A stretch of DNA of 64,000 nucleotides. It comes from Tubulanus polymorphus (Eukaryota > Animalia > Nemertea). The notes under the pieces are model-generated. The model was not told where the DNA came from. It worked only from the letters and a program-made list of their open reading frames with translations, and made no database searches. The stretch covers positions 9,312,962 to 9,376,961 of the forward strand of contig NC_134034.1 in the NCBI RefSeq assembly GCF_964204645.1. Reading direction: 5' to 3'. Numbering within the stretch: position 1 is the first letter of the stretch; every line of letters starts with the position of its first letter. Shown here one piece after another: positions 27,357-39,300 of this stretch. Position numbers and translations under genes: made by a program.

Positions 27357-30300
27357 ATGTTTGTCGATGAATTGTTTTGGATTGTATTGGCGGTTTTACA
27401 GTATGGAATACTGGTATCGGCTCGATTTAAAGGAGATGCTACAGGTAAACTAACCTCTCTATCTACTAAGCGAAGGAGAAGAAGAGACCAGCCCACAAGG
27501 CAAAAATGATCATCGGCTCGTCCGTCCGTCGTCGATCCGTCGACTTTTGTTGTGACTATTCCATTTTGTTCACTATAACATCAAAAGCTAAAGGAAGTGG
27601 ATATTTTTAGTAAACGCTATTTTGCCAATGGGGGCTGGGGAGCGATTTAAGAATAGCATTATTGAGTGTAACGAAAAACACTCAAAATATTGTCAGTAAC
27701 TTAGTAACGAACACATTAAATGTTGTCAATGAAACGGGTCATCCTTATTACCGAGATGATGTATTTTACCGAGATGAACCAAGACGAACCGAGATGAAAT
27801 GAAATATAGCATATTTATTTATTCCTTATCGGATTATCGATTTTAACACTTGAAATCATGTTATATCAGTAATAAATACCTTCTAGAGTCATATTTTACA
27901 TATTTCTTTTATTTAAAAAAATTTTTTGACTTCAAATACGTAAACTCGGTTAGCAATAAAATTTCATTGAATTTGATCGATCGACGATCTCACCTCGATA
28001 AAGTTAAGTTATTTTTCTACAAAAATAACCGACAAAATATGTTAAATATGACTCCAGCAGGCATTTATTACTGATATGATATGATGTCAATTGTTAAAAT
28101 CGATAAGGAATAAATAAATATGTTATGTTATATTTCATTTCATCTCGGTTGATCTCGGTAAAATACATCATCTCGGTAATAAGGATGACCGAATGAAACT
28201 GGAAAGAAAATCAACTCCGATATTGCAATTGTACCGTAGAGGGCCCAAAGCATTAGATTAAATTAAATCAATTCTTAGTTAAAAGGCAGTGGATATTTTG
28301 CCAATGCGGTATTATTCCTGTTAATGCTATTTTCCCAATGGCGTGTTCTGATCACCGGTCATCCTTATTACCGAGATGACTTTTTTTACCAAGATCAACC
28401 GAGATCAACCGAGAATGAGATGAAATGAAATATAACATATTTATTTATTCCTTATCGATTTTAATAATTGAAATCATATTATATCAGTAATAAATGCCTG
28501 CTGGAGTCATATTTTACATATTTTGTCGGATATTTTTGTAGAAAAATAACTTAACTTTACCGAGATGAGATCGTCGATCAATCAAATTCAATGAAATTTT
28601 ATTGCTAACGGAGTTTACGTATTTGAAGTCAAAATTTTTTTAAATAAAAAAAATATGTAAAATATGACCCTAGAAGTTATTTATTACTGATATAACATGA
28701 TTTCAAGTGTTAAAATCGATAAGGAATAAATAAATATGCTATATTTCATTTCATCTCGGTTCATCTCGGTAAAATACGTCATCTCGGAAATAAGGATGAC
28801 CCCTGATCACAGGGGTTTGGCGATGGGCTTGGATTTTATTTCCGGGTTGTTGATAATCTCGCGAGAATGGCGCTAAATATGAACTGCGAATAAATTCAAA
28901 ATATCACGGAAATACCTCGTGTTTATATTAATTATTTATCCGCTATAAAGATTCGATAAACAATTGGTCGTTAAGAATCATTATCAGACGGTCGCCACGC
29001 TTCTATATAGAATAACAAGGGATGAAACGCAGTTCAAGGCGTGCCAGCCAGAAAGTTGGAAAGTCGTTCCGTGATATTTTGAATTTATTCGCAGTTCATA
29101 TTTAATTAGCGCCATTCTCGCGAGATTATCAACAACCCGGAAATGAAATCCAAGCCTATCGCCAAACCCCTGTGGTTCTGATTGGCTCATTGAAGCCGTG
29201 CATGCGGAAAGTGTGGAGAACAGAGTTAGAGAAAATAGGAGCATAGAGCGGGATACGAACCCAGCCCAGCAGATTACTAGTCTAACATCTTCCCACTAGA
29301 TCACCGGACTCACTCAAAAACCCCTCAGTTCTCTTTACTATATATAACATCACCTTACCCTAACCCCTAGGGTAAAATGGAGCCCTAAGCCCAGGGTTCG
29401 TACACCTGGAATTTGAGCAAAATCAATTCCAGGACCTTGACTTCCTTGAAATTCAGGGTTTTTAAGGGCTTTTCCTGGAAGACTCCTGAATATTCGGGAT
29501 CTTGGTCTCCTAAAAATTTTCTAGTTATTATCATGGTCAGTCTCATTTTGAAGGTGTGGTTTGTGAAGTATCTATACAATGTAAGAGACCTTATAGTCCC
29601 AGGTCTAGGGTTACCATTGATAAAGCTTGAATAGGTAAAATGATAGAATCATACAGTGATTCTTTTTGATCTTAAAATAGGGATTGTCCCCATTATTTAT
29701 TTATTTGGCTGAGCCACAGGGTGCCAGAGCGCCAAATTATCAAATATTCTAGTTGGAGGTTAGTATCAAACCGATACTCGAGAGAAGACCGGTAAACTAG
29801 TCAAACCAATACTCGGGAGAAGACTGGTAAACTAGTCAAACCGATACTCGGTAGAAGACTGGTAAACTAGTCAAACCGATACTCGAGAGAAGTTAATGCA
29901 AAAATGAGCCAAATTTGGCCTGTGCCTAATTAGAGAGCGCACTCTTAAACCACTCACTCGATACTTAACAATTTTCAAACAAAGTGAAGTGGATCATTTC
30001 TAGTTGCTATTCAAATGCAATCATATGTCTCTTGCTAAAATTTGGCTCAAGCCTGGTCCGATGTTTTTTGCCAAACAAGCTCGGGCCCATTTGTGCCATA
30101 CTGTGCGAACAGTACGTTGTTCTGTGCCAATTTGGTACGGGCCAAATAGGGCCAAGAATGCTCATGTGACAAGTTTACCGGTCTTCTCCCGAGTATCGGT
30201 TTCACTAGTTTACCAGTCTTCTCCCGAGTATCGGTTTCACTAGTTTACCAGTCTTCTCCCGAGTATCGGTTTGACTAGTTTACCAGTCTTCTCTCGAGTA

Positions 30301-33300
30301 TCGGTTTGACTAGTTTACCAGTCTTCTCCCGAGTATCAGTTTGATTAGTTTACCAGTCTTTTCTCGAGTATCGGTTTGACTAGTTTACCGGTCTTCTCTC
30401 GAGTATCGGTTTGACTAGTTTACCAGTCTTCTCCCGAGTAAGGGTTTGACAAGTTTATCAGTGTTCTCTCGCCTCGTTTCTTCAATTTGTTCAGCGCGAA
30501 AAATGAGTCATCAATGATTGTATATTCCTATGGTAACAGCAGGCTGCTGAGCATAGCTGCAGCGACAATACGTTCCTCATCCGGGCGCGCGTATGGCGGG
30601 CTCAATGCGACAATAGTCGTTTGAGCTGACGTTTCGATCTCCTGTCTGTTATCCGCTACATGTCATACGTTCATTAAAAACCGATTCGCGTCAGGTTTCG
30701 TATTTCTAATTGTGGCCTCCTCATTATTACTGAGCGTGATATTGAGGTATCATTGTTCCACATGAAGAGATTGTTGAAAAAATAGTTTTCATTGAGTCTC
30801 TAACATAATACACTAATCTGTTGTTCGTATTACCATGTACTAGATTATACCAGTTCCACAGTTGTGTGGGTTTAATTTGACTCTGATCCCAGTTCCACAG
30901 TTGTGTGGGTTTAATTTGTCTCTGAACCCAGTTCCACAGTTGTGTGGGTTTAATTTGACTCTGATCCCAGTTCCACAGTTGTGTGGGTTTAATTTGACTC
31001 TGAATCCAGTTCCACAGTTGTGTGTGTTTAATTTGACTCTGAACCCAGTTCCACAGTTGTGTGGGTTTAATTTGACTCTGATCCCAGTTCCACAGTTGTG
31101 TGGGTTTAATTTGACTCTGGACCCAGTTCCACAGTTGTGTGGGTTTAATTTGACTCTGGATCCAGTTCCACAGTTGTGTGGGTTTAATTTGACTCTGAAC
31201 CCAGTTCAACAGTTGTATGGGTTTAATTTGACTCTGGATCCAGTTCCACAGTTGTGTGGGTTTAATTTGACTCTGAACACAGTTCCACAGTTGTGTGGGT
31301 TTAATGTGACTCTGGACTCAGTTCCACAGTTGTGTGGGTTTAATTTGACTCTGATCCCAGTTCCACAGTTGTGTGGGTTTAATTTGACTCTGAATCCAGT
31401 TCCACAGTTGTGTGGGTTTAATTTGACTCTGAACCCAGTTCCACAGTTGTGTGGGTTTAATTTGACTCTGATCCCAGTTCCACAGTTGTGTGGGTTTAAT
31501 TTGACTCTGGACCCAGTTCCACAGTTGTGTGGGTTTAATTTGACTCTGGATCCAGTTCCACAGTTGTGTTGGTTTAATTTTACTCTGAACCCAGTTCAAC
31601 AGTTGTATGGGTTTAATTTGACTCTGGATCCAGTTCCACAGTTGTGTGGGTTTAATTTGACTCTGAACCCAGTTCCACAGTTGTGTGGGTTTAATGTGAC
31701 TCTGGACTCAGTTCCACAGTTGTGTGGGTTTCATTTGACTCTGAACCCAGTTCAACAGTTGTGTGGGTTTAATTTGACTCTGGATCCAGTTCCACAGTTG
31801 TTCAAGTGTAAAAAGTACTCGCAGTTTCTAACCCAAGAAAAAACTAAGCAAAACGAAAGCTTTTTTCCAAGATTGTCGATCATTCAATTCTGACTTGACA
31901 TATCGTGTACTATATACAGCTGTGTATAGAACAGACGGAATCTAGTTTTTTATAATTTCTCTTACATCATGAAATGTTGACTACGCGCGGTAAGTGTCAT
32001 TGATGTGATGAGATTTGTGTGTGCGATAAACGCGTCAACTGTACAAACGCTCTCAACCCCAAATCTGACACAAGAAATCAATTAAAAGCCACAATAAGAA
32101 ATGGATATATATATATATATATACATATATACACATAACTGAACTCTCGCATTGGGACTGTGGTAAATATTGTAAATATTTCAATATTTACAACAAAAAT
32201 CTTCAAATATTTCATTCTGCTTGTCGATTAGTTCTAGGGGATTGAACCAGTAGAGCAGAAGTGTTGACCGGTAGAAAATTAAGAGACAATAGTTATAGAA
32301 ACCCAATGAAAAATCATGTTTTTGTTGTCGTTTTTCAGGTTTGGGAATTCACAGAGATGAAGGTTTAACCGACCTGGTCGACGAATTCTGGGAGAACAAG
32401 ATTTTGTTGCAGAAAATACCGCGACCGTACGAGATCGTTTATCCTGTACGAATACATAATCAACGTGTTGTCAATTTATCGACTCGATCTCAAATAGGAC
32501 GTCATATCGTAAGTATTACCCCCCTCATCTCATATCACTCTCTCACTCCCTCCTTCCTCTCTCTCTCCCTCTCTCTCCCTCCCTCTCACCCCCCTCACTC
32601 CCTCTATCCCTCTCTCTCTCTCCCTCTCGAATGTTTTAGAAGATAAGGTGTTATTTTGTTTTTTTTCAGGTTCACGTTGATAAAGCTGTCGTGGAACTCG
32701 ATTTATTCGGACGCAAATATCGAATTCATCTCGAATTAAATCAGTGAGTTTTAACGCAATTTCACAAAGAAAAGTCATTAAAAAAAAAACTCATTAAAAG
32801 AAAAAGAAACTCATTACTTTCATTAAGAAAAGAAACTCAAAAATCAGGGAAAACAACGTGCATATATCAGGGAATAGTCAGGGTTTAAATTATCCATTCT
32901 CCAGCACATCTGATAAGTGTACTGGCTGTCCTGCTATTTAAATGTGAAGCTTGTATTTCCTGTGAGTTCAGCTTAACACACTGCTGACTGAATGTTTTGA
33001 TATCTCATTGAATGAATTGATGAGGTTTAGAGGAGGGGGTATTTTTAGATATGAATGTATAGATTATGCCGCGCTCTACGCGGGTGCCGGTGAGATCAGG
33101 TGAGTCGTGAGAATGGTGCATGTGTGAGCGCTCTCTGAGAAATACTTCAAAACATCTTCACCGCCGGCGAGAGAGCGAGAGGGAAAGGGCGCGAGGCGTA
33201 ATATTTCTCCTATGAGATTAGCCTTTCTATCAATCACAGTTAGAGTACATATAACACAATCTCTACGGCTCCTTGGTTCCTTAAACACTGTAGTTTGTAT

Positions 33301-36300
33301 TATCTATCAATGTTTACTATTTTCAGTGGTCTGTTGTCTCATGCCGCAAAACGTAAACACTTTCTATCAGATAACACTCAAGTGATAACCGATAACATCG
33401 AACACTGTTATTACCAGGGATCAATCAGTAAAATCGCCGGCTCGTCGGTAGCTGTCAGCACCTGTGACGGTTTCAGGTACCTATATACTCACTGAGCTCT
33501 CTTTTACAGGTGACATTTTTTTCCATGTCAAAAGTACTTCGGTGAGAACTAGAATTTTTCGGTTATGAAATCAAGGGTTGTTGACTTAATTTCAATTACT
33601 TTCAAAATCTGGTTCTCAGTACAGCTACAATTTAATGAGACTCTTACCCCTAGGAGGCTACTGTGGCAATCAAGGATTCCACTTGTGGCGTGTGAGAGCC
33701 GCCAGGTGTCGCTGGTTTACAATAGGACATCAATGTTACTAGAATTTTTCTGTGATTCAATTCTAACTTAATCAATATACATTTTGAAATGACCAATCCG
33801 AATGCGATTAGCCTGTTATGCGGGTGGCTGAAAATAAGATCACATTGTAATTTCTAATCGATTATTTCAATTATTTTCAGAGGTGTCATAAACCTGCCGA
33901 ATGTGACGTATATTATAGCCCCCCTACGCGGGGGTGACCTCGACGTAAGTAATCATCACGTGATTCTAGAAAACTATTGAATCCCATTCAACGAGTTGAA
34001 TTTCAAATTGAAAAGTTTTTTTTGCAATTTGCAGATGGACCATCCTCACGTTTTATACCGGGCTATAATGGCGCACAGTCAATCGTGTGGTAAGTCATCT
34101 CTCTGTTGGCTTTACACTGGAACCTTGACAATGAATTAATCAGTTATAACAAACCTCGCATTTCATCCTTAATAGGACAATTTTGATAATTTCATCCTGA
34201 AAAAACTATCGGTTATAACGAACAGATTTTCCTGAAGTTCGTTGTAAAGAGATTCCGCTTATAATGTCTTTAGAGATATTGCTCATATTTTCATCTTGAA
34301 GTAGTTGATGATTGTCCCTCTTATTCATTTGATCGATTAATTCAATGTTTTGGAGGTGTCCCTTACAAACACCAGGAACAAAATGAGGTTTGATTTTGAA
34401 ATTGCAAATCCAAAAGTACAGATAACGCTAGATGGACAGTTGAATTTACGATTTCAGTTGATTTTGTTTCGTTGATTTCATGTTTTCGCGTTGCTTTATT
34501 TATTCAGGAACGATCGAAGAACGATGGTACAAATTCACCGAATTAGAAAGTCACAGCGAAGAGTATTTAACCAAACTCAAATACAACAATGTCAGGGTAA
34601 GTAAACAACTACGCCACCTATAAGCATTCATGCTCACTGTATTATCGTGCATCACGCTCCATTATGACTGGGTGTAAACTGCCGTAGGGTCTCCTGATGC
34701 CAGCAGGTTCAAATGCGGGATGCCTATTATATCATTGCCTCATCGATTAACCCTTTACTAGCTAACTGCTACAGTTTGTGGATGTATTTCAAAACTGTCC
34801 TTAAAATATCGACCAAAACTTTGTTCCGGGAACGTCTTAACTTTCTCGTCAAAACGCCAAACTATCCTTTTGAATAGTTTGAAAAACTTGAATGTTTTTA
34901 ACTTTTACAGTCAGCACTTTTATCAAGAGTAAGTATTCAAAATACAAGTATCTATCGCAAATTGTTGCTGATATATTTACATGTATGTTCATATCGTGTG
35001 GTGCTTACCCGACTATATCGCTTGTATGTTTCATGCTTACCGGTTTCGTGATATTCAATTCACAATTCTTACCGATTCGGTGTTCAATTCTCCCTAAATG
35101 TTGATGCGATCAATGCAGCTATGTTAAGTTGTTTGTCTGACCCGTTGTTTTGCTGTTTAGTGTGTTCACGCATTACTTAGCCCAACCAATACGGCACGTG
35201 GGAATGACACAGTTCCTGATTGGCTGGCAATATAAACAAATTCGGCTCAATTGTCATTGGTCAATTTCGAGCTAAGAGTGACTGTGTAACAGCTCCAGTG
35301 CCGATCTATGAGTATATTTTCGGGCGGCGCTGTATTTTAAATCCAGCAGTGAACGCGTTAAATTAATTTTATTTTAATTTTATTTTCAACGTGAAATTCA
35401 AATCTTCTTATGAAATTTCCGTCGACGGAAACCATCGAGTAGAAATTTTCCCTATGAAATAACATGTTTATAATTCACTTCTCTTCAGAACAAACGTCAA
35501 ATCAGCGAGCGAAGGATTCTGCAACTCGGACTCATTTCTGACCATTACGTCGTAAGTTCAATTTTATTGATTCTCAGTAATTTCAACCTATGACTCCAGA
35601 CAGCAGCAGGTGTCCTCATACAATATTCGACTACATGTATTTTTCAGTATAAGAAGATTAATTCGACACGTTTGTCAGATCACGCCATGTTTTTGATGAA
35701 TACGGCGAACGTGGTGGATTTGGTAAGTAACAAGATGAAATATCATACTATAAAGAGTTAGACTCATGAGTTAACTCTAACTCACGACTGTGGAACTGGA
35801 TCCTGAGTTCAGAGTTAATTCGATTTTACTTTTGAACTGGATCCTGAGTTCAGAGTTAACTCTAACTGACAACTGTAGAACTGGATCCTGAGTTCAGAGT
35901 TAACTCTAATTCACAGTGGAACTAGATCCTGAGGTCAGCATTATGTATTGAAAACGCTTTCCAAAAATGTTGATGTTTAGAAATGAGAAACTTTTTTCAA
36001 TCCATAGATTTAATTCTGAATCGAATAAAGTTTGTTATTTTTGTTCTCAGTATTTGAAACAACTGAAAATACGCGTACAAGTAGTGTACTTGGAGATTTG
36101 GAATACCGGCCACCAGGTGGAGCCAGCTGATAGTATGAAGGAAATGCTACGTCAGATGTTACTGTACAAACCGTCAGCTCTGTTCAACACGCCTCATCAT
36201 AATGTACAATTCATCACGTAAGTGTAATCGTCTTTGTTCAACATCAATTACTGTCTTTGTTTGCGTAAACCGTTCGTCGAGCAGTTAGCATCGTCGAACA

Positions 36301-39300
36301 AACTTTTCCAATCTACCATAATTTCCGGCGGTAGCCGACTCAAACCAATTTCAAACTAATGGCCTCTTGTTGGCTCAAGCCTTCCATTTGATCGGCAAGT
36401 GAGGATCCAACGGGTGGCGCTAGTCTGCATCAAATGCTGCAGCAATAGAGGATACCACTTGTGGCAAGTGAGGATCCACTGGACGTATCGGCCCCACTCC
36501 GCGCAGTTGCGCCACCGCGCGGTATTTACGCGAAGCAGCAGAACACAAACATGGCCACTCTCTCAATTTTCAATGATAGAAATCGTGTGTGCAATTCAAT
36601 TATTTTGGCTGTTAGGGTTTTAAGGCACAATATAAGTTGATGATGTGATATGGCGATGTTAATTAATAATAATTTCGCAGTGAACCTAGACACGAACGGT
36701 GCCGATTGAGTGTACAGCTGCCAAAAACACTGAAATGTGCGTAGTTGCGTAACTATTTGCAGTGAATTGCAGACGAAACATGAAGCCTTAACGGCCGTTT
36801 AAAAAAAAATTATACCAATCGCAATTGTAAAATGAAAATGAGATAGAACCTAAGTTGAAATTCTGGCCATTTCTAAAATGTTATTACTTATTTTTAGTCA
36901 GTGCAGAACGTTAAGTTTGCCAACAATAATGAGGGGTGGTAGGCAGTCATGCAATTCAAGTCATCATTTATTACACGTTACTTCCGTGTTGTTGAAAATC
37001 TCGCGAGTCCTGGACCAAACCCCATTGAACAATGTGATCTGTGTGCTGGCCACAAATGCACACTACACTACCCATTACACACTCCAGTACCCACAGCTTT
37101 CATATATCCATCTAAATATTTAGTGTCTTTCTTCCTGGGTGGCGCTAGTGTACAATAAGACATCAACTACTGCGGCAATAGAGGATTCCACTGAGGCTTT
37201 CCTTACTTTTAGAGTTTCTAGGCTGGAGATCTAGATAAAGTTTATCGAAATAAACCAAATTTTGGTTGAGTATGTTTTGCAATTAGACATGTAGCACATT
37301 GTCCCCTCATTGGATGAAAATTATATAATTTCTTGACATCATCAATATTTTCAGAGGAGGAAATTTCCACGATGATGTAACGACGATGTCGATTCCTGAA
37401 TCGATATGTTCCGACCGTTCGATCGGTTTGAATCGATTTCATACGTATTATCAGCCTCTAGAATTGGCACACGCCGTCGCTCACAGTATCGCTCATAACC
37501 TCGGTGTGAAACACGATCACGGTTAGTATCCTAGAGACCACACGAACCCCCCCCCCCCGTACAACTGTCGCTCGTACTGAGACAGAACAGCCTCGTAACG
37601 AGAAATCAGCCGAATTTTCTTCTTTTAAGGAAGTCAGGGTATTTTGTAAAAAAATGCTTAAAAAAAATGTTACCTCTTTTCTCTTTATAATCCTGGTCAT
37701 TTTTGTAAACTGCAATAAATTTTTAATCAGTTTGATGAGTCGTATGAATGGTAACATTTTATACCTAGAAATTTCTCTGATTCACTCTAAGGGTATTTTG
37801 TGTAATCATAAGTAGCCACCCTCTTATATCTCCACCTACACCTACAATAGTACGGTATCTGATCTGTTTCTAATCCGTAACTTTGAGACATTGTTTGTTA
37901 TTTATTTGTGTTTTTTTCAGGTGGCTGCGTGTGTCTGGATAAATCGGGTTGTCTGATGGAGTCGCGGATTCAGGGACCCGGCGATCACCTGCGTCTATTC
38001 TCCATCTGCTCGAAGAACGCGCTCGACGATGCGTTATCGCTCGGTATCGGCGACTGCCTCGTTCCCGGACACGACGCAGACGATGTTTACCCGATGACGT
38101 GCGGCAACGGTCGCCTGGAACGAGGTGAACAATGCGACTGTCGGTCGCCGCAGCATTGTCTACTCACCGACCCGTGCTGCGACCCCGATACGTGTCTCTT
38201 GCGTAAAAACGCAGACTGCAACAATGGAGACTGTTGTCGCAATTGCACGGTATGAAAATTTGTTTTTATAGATTCATCAGTTCTTCGAGAACAAAATATA
38301 GTCATCAGAAATACTGCTCCCGTCGGTCGTATCGGGTGCAGGAATACTGCTCCCATCCGTCGTATTGGGTGCAGAAATACTGCTCCCCATCCGTCGTATT
38401 GGATGCAGAAATACTGCTCCCCCATCCGTCGTATTGGGTGCAGAAATACTGCTCCCCATCTGTCGTATTGGGTGCAGAAATATTGCTCCCCGTCGGTCGT
38501 ATCGGGTGCAGGAATACTGCTCCCCGTCCGTCGTATTGGATGCAGAAATACTGCTCCCTGTCCCGTCATATTGGGTGCAGGAATACTGCTCCCCGTCCAT
38601 CGTATTGGATGCAGAAATACTGCTCCCTGTCGGTCGTATTGGATGCAGAAATACTGCTCCCCATCCGTCGTATTGGATGCAGAAATACTGCTCCCCCATC
38701 CATCGTATTGGGTGCAGAAATACTGCTCCCCATCTGTCGTATTGGGTACAGTTTTCCTCGAGAAAATTATCAACACTTTTGAAATGTTGAAAAAATTGAA
38801 GCATCGGCAACGACGGGCTTACTGCTAGCGACACCTGGTGGATCCTCACTTGCCACACAAATAATCCTCAATTGCCGCAGTAGAACTGAACGGTTCAGAA
38901 CCCTAAAACTTACAGCCAAGGAACCAGTTTCACAGTTATATATTTATTTTCATCAGATATAAATCTTACAAAATTATTGATTTTCATTATAAATATTGAC
39001 ATAGATATTTGAATAATATATCAGATGATTGCACAATAATGATTATAAACACTGTATCCACTTAACTTCTCGAATTCACTTGCAGATTGTACGGAAGTCT
39101 TTACCGTGTCGCGCGGCCAGCGGGGAATGTGATATAGCCGAGTATTGCGACGGGTCGAGCGGCGATTGTCCGGCCGATAGTAACGTCGTCGACGGTACGC
39201 CCTGCGCCGACAATCACGGATTCTGTTACCACGGTATCTGTCCGACGCACACGCAACAATGTCGACAGTTATGGGGACCAGGTACGTATTTCAAAATTTT

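Noticed and set aside
9716-29316. tRNA genes at B-box motifs (~9720, ~14600, ~29250)
   Set aside because: No complete cloverleaf or acceptor stem; better explained as SINE heads.
30727-31893. 343-aa and antisense repeat ORFs (LCGFNLTLxPVPQ / WNWVQSQIKPTQL)
   Set aside because: They are read-throughs of a 39-bp (13-codon) satellite inside ADAM intron 1. Both strands are largely open, and there are no splice or signal features.
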